Source: Mytilus edulis
Taxonomy: Eukaryota
Reading direction: 5' to 3'
Assembly: GCF_963676685.1 (NCBI RefSeq)
Contig: NC_092349.1
Span: forward strand, 77,004,001 to 77,068,000
DNA length: 64,000 bases
Part shown: positions 24,801 to 35,537 of the stretch, piece after piece
How the letters are laid out: every line of letters starts with the position of its first letter
How positions within the stretch are numbered: the first letter of the stretch is position 1
Position numbers and translations under genes: made by a program
The notes under the pieces: model-generated
Told to the model about the DNA's origin: nothing
The model's database searches: none
Seen by the model: only the letters and a program-made list of their open reading frames with translations

Positions 24801-27530
24801 TCTCATGTCAGCCATTTTGTTTTCAATATTGTTTTTGTCAGATACGATTTTACTCGAATTTACACATTATTTGTCGGCAATTTTCTGTATAAAGTTAGCG
24901 GTTGAATAAAATGAACATCGCTGTTATGAATAATAATGCTAAAAACAAGTTTTGAGATCGTTTATTAGGAGACTTTGGTAAAAAGGTTTGCAAAGTTATT
25001 TTTTTATTTCCTCTCAAGTCGTGCATGTCGGGCGTAGCTAGTAACCAAGTCAAAAGTCCGACTGCAAAAGTGGAAGTTCGAAGACCTCGGACAACCGCTA
25101 ATTGAACCCCTGCCTCCAAATAGAAAAGGTACAAAAATTTGCCGCCAACAGCATGAACAGTGGAACTTATTTTAAGACTACTGACGTAGTTGACTACGTA
25201 TTGACGACAAACAATATTCCTACGACTTTTGCCATTTGGGAAATCTAAACTACTTGTCTTTATAAATTTTCGGTGATTAAACATTTCATACATTTGTTCT
25301 TTGACAGCTTAGCCAAAATCACAGGGGATAATAAACTACATAAAGATTCCTAATGTGCTCTACTTCCTATGTGCAACTTCAAAACTTTTGGATAAATCGA
25401 CGATCATTTAAGGTTTTTCTGATTATATTTTTTGTAATCAAGAATTAAAAGTATGAAAAAACTGTCCAATTAGTTATGAATAACATAACATCCAGCTAGA
25501 TAACAACAATGGCACATATTTCAGCATTTATTGGGTAGAACACAAATTTAGGGTGCTCGCATTAGGCAGCTTAACTGCCTAAATATTCAAAGTTTTGTAA
25601 ACAGAAAATTTATAAAAATGACCATATAATTGATATTCATGTCAACACCGAAGTGTTGACTACTGGGCAGGTGGTACCCTCGGGGACGAAACGTCCACCA
25701 GCAGTGGCATCGACCCAGTGGTGTAAATAGTTATCAAAAGTACCAGGATTATAATTTTATACGCCAGACGCGCGTTTCGTCTACATAAGACTTATCAGTG
25801 ACGCTCAGATCAAAATAGTTAAAAAGCCAAATAAATACAAAGTTGAAGAGCATTGAGGATCAAAAATTCCTAAAAGTTGTGCCAAATATGGCTAAGGTAA
25901 TCTACTCCTGGGGTAAGAAAATCCTTAGTTTTTCGAAAAATTCAAAGTTTTGTAAACAGAAAATTTATAAAGTAGAACCAGTCAAACTTTAAGCAGCATT
26001 TAAAGTGAGTACAGTGTAGTACTTTCATGCTGTAACCAATAAAAAGTTGTAGAAAAGAAATGTACCACAATACCTATGCATGCATCAAATCGTGACAACA
26101 AACGGAACCAAAAGCAACCCGCGCCCTTTTCGAAATTCGTTCACTTATCTCTTTTTACGGTAGTGTTCACTTATTTTGGGGGTTGGCAATTGTGATAATT
26201 GAAAAAAAGATATAATCGCGTGTCTTTTCGTATTCAATAAATAAACCTTCACCAAGAACTCTCTGTGCCAAGTTTGGATACACATAGAACATGTAGAAAA
26301 AGTTTAAAAAAATTTAGAAAATTGGACATAACAAGATCGATCTCAATATCAACCGAAACCATTTCATGAATGCATTTTGCTAGCATATAACGATTCTGTG
26401 TCGCTGACCAAATGGTGGAGCTTATCGATCATTTATAGCAACCAAAAATAAGGTCTAATCATATGAATTCCGTTATCAATCAAGTGGAAGTTAGTATAAA
26501 TCATGAAATGGTTCCAGGATATAAGTTGTTAAATTATGCACTATGTCCGATCAGAAGCATTGGCGTTTTCAAAACAATCTAATAAGGCTTTTGATATAAA
26601 TCATATGATTATGTTACAGAGTATAGCACGATTGGACGGTAACAGATTAGACATTGACCAGAAGGGAGACTGTAATTCACTGATATCACGAGAATTTGAT
26701 GGCAATACAATGACGCTGGTAAGTTATATGTCATTAGATATAAGAAGATGTGGTGTGTGAGCCAATGAGACAACTCTCCATCTAAGTCACAATTTCTAAA
26801 AGAAAAACCATCATTGGTCAAAGTACGGATATCAACACGGAGTTCCATACAAATCAGAGGCGAATTAAAGGGGGGTGCAGGGGCCCGCCCCCCCCCCCTT
26901 TTGGGAAAAAATTGGTTGCTTATATTTATGGAATCACTGAAGTGTGACTGGAGCGGGCCCCCTCTTAGGCAGTCAGTGGACCCCCACTTATTAAAATTTC
27001 TAGATCCGCCAGTGTTAATGTGTATTTACTTGTATTTTTATCAATGAAAACCTCAGTACTGGGATTTTAAGTACACAAAGTTTATAGAAAGACATTATTT
27101 GTACAGTATCTCTGCGATAAACCACAACTACAGCGCCAGCGTAGTTTGTTCGAGTTTTGACCATGTCGTCATTTTATGTATGTCATTTTGTTCGTATTTC
27201 AAGAGTAACAAATTCACTCTTGCAAAATCGATATGCTGGAAGAACTGGCATATAAAATACAAATGTAAAAAGTATTCTTTGATATGCATTGGCATATATA
27301 TAGAATAGTTGGGATTCCACTTCGTGTAAAACCATGTAGTATTTGATCACTTTTGAGTAATGCCTTCCAATTTGTCCAATTATTTGTATGACAAAACACG
27401 AACACATATTACTCCCATTAATCTTGTTAATTTCTTATGTTTCTTTATTTATTAATTTTAGAAACTAGTTGCATATGAGGGCGACAAAGAAGTTACTTGT
27501 ACAAGAAAATATCTGAAAGCTGAAACATAG
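18897..27530 (+). CDS. FABP: Fatty acid-binding protein (iLBP/FABP family), 137 aa; exons 18897-18969, 21033-21205, 26620-26718, 27462-27530
   Basis: Spliced with GT-AG introns: [25 protein letters not shown]|[57 protein letters not shown]|[33 protein letters not shown]|[22 protein letters not shown]. GxW and ETTADGRK signatures, R...RxY carboxylate-binding triad, canonical FABP exon layout (73/173/99/69 nt). AATAAA at ~27672. Confidence 0.95.
20265..21020. repeat. Two-copy diverged tandem duplication in FABP intron 1
   Basis: cattgaaaagtgacga at ~20265 and ~20710; tgaaatattggccactgaac at ~20646 and ~20967. Confidence 0.75.
21897..21938 (-). ncRNA. Minimal type I hammerhead ribozyme motif, copy 1 (core CUGAUAA variant)
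   Basis: Minus strand: CGTCA CTGATAA GTCT tatgt AGAC GAAA C GCGC G TC TGGCG. Helix I CGTCA/TGGCG, helix II GTCT/AGAC, GAAA, palindromic minimal helix III, GUC cleavage triplet. Confidence 0.8.
22252..22293 (-). ncRNA. Minimal type I hammerhead ribozyme motif, copy 2
   Basis: Identical to 21897-21938. Confidence 0.8.
22428..25582 (+). mobile_element. ~3.15-kb non-autonomous insertion, Helitron/Helentron-like
   Basis: Splits a 355-bp repeat unit with no obvious TSD; begins TC and ends CTAA (CTRR); TAGGCAGTTAA at 22448 is the inverted copy of TTAACTGCCTA at 25571; terminal hairpin TAGGCAG-cttaa-CTGCCTA; internal tandem array. No transposase ORF seen. Confidence 0.6.
23100..24215. repeat. ~120-bp minisatellite, ~9 copies, inside the Helitron-like insertion
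   Basis: Recurrent cccatacatgaatatatatggttt...gggatctcgactgtttccaagttctcaaacagg at ~120-bp spacing. Confidence 0.9.
25583..25971. mobile_element. 355-bp retrozyme-like repeat (right part, ~1.1 units)
   Basis: Resumes (attcaaagttttgtaaac...) exactly where the left part stops (...tttttcgaa); nearly identical sequence. Confidence 0.8.
25762..25803 (-). ncRNA. Minimal type I hammerhead ribozyme motif, copy 3
   Basis: Identical to 21897-21938. Confidence 0.8.
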
Positions 27531-28177
27531 ACTATTTAAAGAATAGGACTAGAGCGTTGTTATTGTGAGACACTTTGTACAGTTGGCGCTATAGAATATG
27601 ACATTTAACCGGTGTTAAGAGCTTATAAGGAGAATCTGCAAAAGCTTTATATGTACATAATATCATTTGACAATAAAACATGTGACCATTGTAAAGGCTT
27701 TGGTTTATAAAGTAGATTGTCCAAACTAGTCGAAGTGGCAGCTCACTTTTAGTATTGTCACAAACATGCTATTAATGGATGACTTGTTTAGTACACCTAA
27801 AGTTTTCCCATTACAGCCGATTGCAATGAGTGTGTAGGTTAAGGTTATCTCGTTGGTTAACTTGTTTGTTAGCTAAACCGTGAAGAGATTAGGTAAACTA
27901 CCTTCCTTTAAGAGAAGACTAGTCCGACAGATAACGAAACTATCTGCCTGTAGGACTAGACTACGTCGAATGGAGTGTAATATATCTTAACTTTTAATGA
28001 TTTCACGGTTTAGCTAGCATGCAGACTAGCCAAAGATATTAGCTCTACCTTCATACTCAATTCACTCAGCTGTAAAGATGACATAATTTTTCTCTTAGTC
28101 AGTTACGATGAAAGTCATAAGATATATAAAAATACATTTGAACTAATGTTTAAATATTTTAATATCGTAGATGAAAC

Positions 28178-31016
28178 CTAAGCTAGACAAGCCTCTCTCT
28201 TCACAATTGTAAGCTCTGGGTGCATACATCTTTGCAGTTCATATTCACATCTGTAATGTATAAAATAAGTTATTATTCCATCTAACTTCAACTTCAACAA
28301 CAACAAAATACAGCCTATATATTACGTAGTTCCATAAACACCCTTTCTTTTATGCTTACTTTGCTGTTACTGTCGACAAAATGTTAGTCAACAACAACAA
28401 TATGGGTCAATAAGGCTCCATGCATAACCACTTCTACTATCACATTTCTAAATTTAGAAAATTGCGATGTTTCTTTGTCTTAAATCTAATTTGGAGTACA
28501 TATTAATTGCTTTTCTTCATAATGAACATATGTACAAAGGTTCAAGTTGATTTTACCACAAATCACTTTTCATAAAACATTTAACATATTTTAGTCCAAA
28601 ACATAAACCTTAAATTGAAATCTGCGAGTACGTTTCTTAAGTTTAAATGTATTTTTCAAAACAATTGTATATATACGATTGGAGCATATAGTATGCTATC
28701 CTGAAGTATTTATAATGTAATAATTGTCGCTGAACGTTAAAAAAAAAACCACCCTATACAGCCAACCACAATAGGCAAAAGATAAACTGTCGAGTTTGAC
28801 TTCACATGGTTAGATTGACTGCTTGTCAATCGATTTATAATATACGGAAAAATTCAGTCGAATGGCCAAGCGTATATCTTATCTCTTAATGATTTTAAAT
28901 ATCGATGGTATTTTAAAGTGCAGTGTAAATAATGTTTTTGAATATCAATGGTATTTTAAGGTGCAGTGTAAATAATGTTTTTGAATATCAATGGTATTTT
29001 AAAGTGCAGTGTAAATAATGTTTTTTTGTCATACTCATTATTGTATGTCTTTCCGTTTGAAGCACATATCTCAGCAATATCATCGGGACAGCCTTTCAAC
29101 AACAGCATTTCACATGTATACTGGAGTACGATCCATTCCCCGTGGGTCAGAGAACCTTCTTGACTTTCTCCATGACAGGTGCCATTGTGAGCTAGATGAA
29201 TAGTTCTTACTCGGCAGTGATTTTTGGCGAAATCGCATCTGTAAGAAAGAGACGCCACTGAAATGCAGTTTTATGAGACAATATGCATTAAACATACAAT
29301 ATATATTATCAGTGACCGCTGTGGACAGTAAACTAGGGAATGATAGTAATTGATAATTAGTAATTGTATGCTATGGTAAATGACCTTTCGTTGGTAGTTT
29401 AGAGATGCACTTTTCATTTCAACAGAGGCGGATTTAGGGGGGCAGGGGGCCCGCCCCCCCCCCTTTTGTGAAAAAGTTTGGTTGCTTATATAGGGAATCA
29501 CTGAAGTGTGACTGGAGCGGGCCCCCTCTTAGGTCAGTCAGTGGGCCCCCACTTATGAAAATTTCTGGATCCGCCACTGTTTCAACGAAATTGCTCTTTT
29601 AGTGCAAAGTAGTTATTGAATTATTTTGGAGTTTATCCACACTCAATTGTATTCTGTTTCTATTATAAAACGTATTGTAAAACTTACTTATTATAATAAG
29701 TCATGTTGTTAGATCCGCACTGGGGGTCATATGGTTCACCAAAACAATGATGTCCCAGAAACATTGCACAACGATAACCTCTTCTTTCTCTCTGATATTC
29801 CTCCGCTAGGACGATTAAAACTAAAAGAGGACAAAAATATGTCGAAAATCGGTGTTGAAATATATTCATCTGCCTCATAAGAAGTAAAAAAATCAGGTTA
29901 AAGAATATTATGTAGCAACTTGATTCCATCTCATGCAAGAATCATCCTGTTGCATGTAAGCAAAAAAACAACAACAAAAAAAACCCAATTCAAATTAAAA
30001 TCAACCAACGACCATCAAACAACTCCAATAGATTTCAATTTGCAATATACAGAACATTAACAGCACGCAGTTCCGTGCAAATTCATCTCTTAACTAATCC
30101 AGTCCCTACTGTTATCCATACCAATATCTCACTCGTGTGGAGCTAGTCATGCAACATTATCGTATTCATACAATTTCACTGTTCTTTCGGAATAGAATAA
30201 CTTGATTCTATCTCATGCAACAATCATCCTGTTTTCACTCCTATTAACCTATACTTTTTTAGTGTAATTTCTGGCGACCTTCCGTAGTTTTTTTTACCGC
30301 TACAACCAAATCAACTAAACAGTGAGTGAACAAATAGAAAGAACAATTATCTGAATAATTACATGAACGAAAACGTACAAAGAACATGGGGATTTTTAGA
30401 CTATCCAGCTAATACCAAATGATAAGAATACGACATTAACGATGCGTCAAAGTACAGCCTTCAATAATGAGCCAAAGCCATACAATATTGTCAACTATAA
30501 CATCTAGGGATTACCGTTAAACAAAGTCAAAAGAAAAGGACCTTTTTTAATTTCAAAAAGTTAAACGATTTGAATTAAATGAAATTTTCAGTAAATCATT
30601 TATATATATCAGACTCGTTTATATAGTCAAGTATTTTATTGCTGTGTGTATTGAAACTATTTTTTCATCATACTCATTACCTACTGTGCTTTTCCGTCGT
30701 CTTTATTTGTGAAAACGAGATTAACTTTTTAAAAGGGAATGTTGAAATTTTTTCAAGTAACTTTATAGAATTTAGTGTTCATCGGATATCTGTAAAAAAC
30801 TATTTCCACTCTGGACTTTTTGAGAGCTAAATATAGACACCTGCTGTTACTGCCGATATGTCGCTTGACCTCTAGATGTCATTTTGATATTTGAGTCGTC
30901 GTTTTGCTGTCTCATTGACATTTTTTTCGCATCTTCATTTATCTTATATATAATCCTGAAAAAAATATGTTTTACTTACAAATGGCAGGCACTAAAAGAA
31001 TTATATATCGAAGCAT
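28178..31016 (-). CDS. Secreted two-domain Kazal-type protein A, 148 aa; exons (transcript order) 30980-31016, 29688-29820, 29035-29238, 28178-28250
   Basis: MLRYIILLVPAI|FLIVLAEEYQRERRGYRCAMFLGHHCFGEPYDPQCGSNNMTYYNK|CDFAKNHCRVRTIHLAHNGTC...CEMLLKGCPDDIAEICASNGKTYNNE|CEYELQRCMHPELTIVKREACLA*. Hydrophobic signal peptide, two 6-Cys Kazal patterns (C-G/A-S-x-x-x-T-Y-x-N-x-C), phase-consistent GT-AG introns. Confidence 0.9.
28900..29025. repeat. 42-bp triplicated repeat beside the Kazal A exon-3 donor
   Basis: atatcaatggtattttaaagtgcagtgtaaataatgttttt x3. Confidence 0.85.
29423..29579. mobile_element. MITE (CAGWGGCGGAT TIR family) with 6-bp TSD TTTCAA
   Basis: tttcaa|cagaggcggat...atccgccactg|tttcaa. 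Related copies at ~26855-27012, 59240-59408, 9569-9690 and 63623-63750. Confidence 0.85.
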
Positions 31017-31609
31017 CGTTACGTTGGTGTTTAGTACTCTCTTGTCTATCAATGTCAAAAACTTGTGACACTATATCACGACTGCCTTATCTCAGCGATG
31101 TATATCTGTAGAGTTTACATAAGATCTATGGAATGTTGTGTATAAAGGATCGAATTCTACACATTTATTTTACATTTCTACTAGCCATTGCGGTCAATGC
31201 AACACCATTAAAGAAATACGCTATCAATTGTGACCGCATAAGGATATAGTCCGAAATACTCTGAAATGAACGGGCCAAAAAAGAACAATGCATAGTCTAT
31301 TGGGGGGTGTCCCCCTTGAAGTTTTATTACATATAAATAATATTATTTTTTTTGTGATAGTCTTCATGGCTATTTCGATCTCGTATACATACATACATGA
31401 ATTAAATGTCTACGTATCATGTTGATTAAAAAAAAAGTCAAACAGGTATACACATTCTGTTGAATTCAAAAACATGTTCTCTCTAATTTTATGCCCTTCC
31501 AGTTACCTAAATCTAGGCCACAAAAGCAAATTCCTAAGGTTATTTCTTTCTTTATGATAACTTATCATTTGAAACAGAAGGATATTTTGAGCACGGAATT
31601 TATGTGGAA

Positions 31610-34600
31610 ATGAATTATGATTTCATTTTAGTTGTGTTGATCATCCAAGGTATGTAGTATATTGTTAGTTAAGACAATATGTTTTATAAACAATACTTGT
31701 TATCTGCGTTTTACCCCTCTGTGAGAAATTTAGCAAAGAATCTTAAAAATTTAATGCATGTCCTTATACAGTATTTACACGGGTTCAAATGTCGGTTTGC
31801 TTTTTTAGTTTTAATTTGTTTTTGAATTTCCGAAGGAAGACAACGACCCGAACAATGAGCAGAACACTGAACATTATGGCCACATATAGATCTTAGACCC
31901 ATGCAGCGATAAAATTCTGCACTCAAAGGCGGTCTTGAGCTGACAAAAAAACAATATTGATTGTAAACACAAAACTCCAAAACATACAAATGAATCAATC
32001 ATATTTTTTTTAATCACACAAGACTAACGAAGGCTAAAGTTGCCTGACTTGGGACAGGCGCAAAAATGAGGCGGGTTTAACATGTTTTGTGAGTTGCCCA
32101 CCTTCCACTATACCTCTAGTCAATGTAAAAAAACAACCATTTTTTTAAATCACACAAGATTTACGAAGGCTAGAGGTTCTTGACTTGGGATAAGCGCAAA
32201 TGAATTTGGCGGGTTTAACATGTTTTGTGAGTTCTCCGCCTTCCCCTTGACCTCTAGTCAATGAAAAGCCACACACAAAAATAAAAGCGCACAGTAAAAG
32301 TCAGTTTAAAAGAAGTCCGAGTCCGATGCTAGAATAGGCAACTAAATATAATGACAAGCAGAGTACTACTGGCAGTTACTGACACATGCCAGTAGTTTAA
32401 ACACCCTAACTCAAATCATCATTGATCCTTCCAAGATTGGAGAACGTTATATAAACAACATACAATCAAACAACATTCTGCATTGTAAGACTAGTTTTTT
32501 TTGTATCTAGTTAATGTTTACAACCCTTCTAGCCATGCAACCAAAAAGTAACTGACCTACTGTGACCTTGATTTTTTTTGTGGAGAAATGGAAGTTAATT
32601 AATCTAAATATCATGCAACATGTAAGAATTAATGCTTGGTTGATGCCAGTGACAAATGTTTCATGCATATTCAAGATGAGAGCAAATGAACAATTAATAA
32701 AATTGGAAAGTTATATATGCTATATGTAGAGGAATTAAAATGGAAGGCAAAGTATATGAATTGCCACTGGAAAATGGTGATATGTTGAACGCACACCAGA
32801 CGATTTCTTAAATATATTAATTTCTTTTTTCTATTCGATTGTTTTTTTAAACTATATAATGAGGTTGTTTTTTTTTAAGAAACACACTGAATACTAGTAA
32901 GTGAAAGTATGTTGAAATATTAAAAAAACAAACAATTACAAAACAAATATTAAAAAATTAGATCAATGTCCAAAGCACATATTTCCTGTATCATAAACAT
33001 GCATAAGGCAAGTAAAATGCTATACGTGTATAGACGATCACAGACCAATTGATAAGTTCTTTTCTCAGTTTTTGTATCACCTTGTAATACCAGAGCCTTG
33101 ACGAGATATTATTGTGAGCTTGCAGACAGAATCAACTGCAGAGCACGTGATGAGGCTAGAACATGTGGGTCAGACGGCAAAACATACTACAACATGTATG
33201 TATCCAATAGTTACGAGAAGATTACCACAATATATAGCTATAGGTAGAGGTGGTATGAATGTCAATTAGACAACTCTCCATCCAAGTCATAATTTATAAA
33301 TTAAGTAAACCATTATAGGTCAAAGTAAGGTCTTCAACACGGAGCCTTGGCTCAAACCGAACAGCAAGTATATCGCAGTAAAGGGCACCAAAAATTACTA
33401 GTGTAAAACCATTCAAACGGGAAAATCAACGCTCTAATTTATATAAAAAACGAGAAACCAGAAACACTTATGCTTGTGACCACATCAACAAACGACAACT
33501 ACTGTACATCAGATTCCTGACTTCGGACAGGTGCTTACAAGTGCAGCGGAGGTTAAACGTCTAATGGTACCAAACCTTCACCCTTATCTGAAACAAAAGT
33601 GTTACATCCCAACATAGAAAGACACACTATAAAATATCAATTGATATGGCTTAACTCAATCAAAAGACATATTAACAGCAAGTGAACATACACTGAATGA
33701 ATAAATTTGATCTTTCATACAATTTAAATACAAAATCAATAAAATAATATAATATCTGTATGTCTTCAATAGTTATGAGAAGTTTACCTTAATATGCATG
33801 TATCTAATAGTAATTAGTTAAGGAGAAGTTAACTACAATGTGTTTATATAAATTGTAGATTTATGAAGTACAATCATTATGTCATTATATCGTTTAACTG
33901 ATTATTGTATTTTTTATAAATATAATTGTTATTATATATATCAATATAGATTTTCTATTGACAAAAAGAGGAAGAAGAAAACAAGGATACAATCTAAAAA
34001 GTCATCACCACGCATAAAATTAAATAAAAGTCCAAAAACACCACACAGTAACATTTGGCATCTACGGTTTTTACAAGAGTTGTGATATAATTTACAGAAA
34101 ACATAAAATTTTGTAAACGTTCGTGTCTTTACTTTGAAAATGTGTACATCTGATTCACTTTCAGGTGTGCTTTAAATATAGCAACTTGTGACCACCCAAG
34201 ACTACATGCTGTCCACTCTGGACCATGTCCAACTAGTTCGACTATCACTGACATACCATCAGTTCCTACACAAGATGGATTACAACTGGCTTATGATATA
34301 TTCTGTCTGGATTTGTTTCACCACAACTGTTTATTGGAAAGGTCGTTTCAGTTATGTGGCTCTAATAAGGCAACATACATTAACTTGTACGTTATACTTA
34401 TATCACTATTTTACAATTTGAAAAAAAATGTTTTGACATCATTAAACAAAGTTATTATCGTTTTTAAAAAATCTATTTTAATCGTGAAATTGATTAATTT
34501 TAATTGGTATAACAAACTTTTGTACGTTAAAGTTCTTTTCTAATTTTGAATCTTTTTTTTCAAATCTTGAATTTATCATATTTCGATACATCCCTTGGTA

Positions 34601-34794
34601 GATTAAGATTTTGCATTAGCAGCGTGATAAAAGGTTGCGCGATCATGGTTTGCATTAAATTTTGCAGAATATAAATTATACACTATTTAATAAATATTTC
34701 AATCCTGTCTTTTATTGTTTTTTTCAGATGTGAATTTGACAAAGCCAGATGTACCCACAGAAACTTACATGTGGTTAAATACGGACCATGTTAA
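31610..34794 (+). CDS. Secreted two-domain Kazal-type protein B, 151 aa; exons 31610-31649, 33069-33195, 34165-34386, 34728-34794
   Basis: MNYDFILVVLIIQ|VFVSPCNTRALTRYYCELADRINCRARDEARTCGSDGKTYYNM|CALNIATCDHPRLHAVHSGPC...FCLDLFHHNCLLERSFQLCGSNKATYINL|CEFDKARCTHRNLHVVKYGPC*. Same intron positions and phases as Kazal A; CGSDGKTY motif. Exon 1 is slightly less certain than exons 2-4. Confidence 0.88.
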
Positions 34795-35537
34795 ACTGGC
34801 CAGAGAACTATAATATAATTATATGTCTCTGGTTAAACCAATGTTTGCGCAATTAAAATATTTTCAGTATTCATTCGTTTCATTAACAAAAACACATGTC
34901 GCAAAGATCAAAGGCGGCTTGGACATTTAGAGTTAGACGGATAGGCGGTGATGCAGTATACAATGTAATAGTTTCGCAACATGATAAGGAAGGTGCTTCA
35001 ACTATTTGTAAACAATATTAATTTGATTTCAGTTGTGTAGCCATTGGCAAATAATGATTGAACGTTTTTAATTCGATATAGAGCGTGCTTTTCTATCTTC
35101 CTAACTATCGATTAATTACATCGAATTGAATAGGGATTAGTGACATCAGAGACATATATACACATGTAAACTATATATATATATCTCTGGTGACATACTG
35201 CAATGGGACATCAACCCAACAGATGTATGCAAAAACATTGAAATGCATCTAGATATGCATACCAATTTCATATTAATCTCCTTATGTTTCAAATATTCCT
35301 CCCTCTTTTCAAACAGAGTATAAATGGTTTCATTTCTTACATTCCATTGATCTCAATATTCTATATTAGCACTACCGTACCGATCAATCGGTTCCATTCC
35401 AATATCACACTCCATTGTTTAACCTTTCCAATAACATTTTCCCGCGTTTTTACGAACATCAGTTCGGAACTCTTTTGGACTCATCCTACTGCACGATAGC
35501 CAGGTGTAAAACTGGGAAAGAGGAAAACAAGACTAAA

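Noticed and set aside
35415-35537. N-terminal extension of SelH from the ORF track
   Set aside because: It starts at a non-ATG codon; the ATG at 35538 gives a typical-length SelH.
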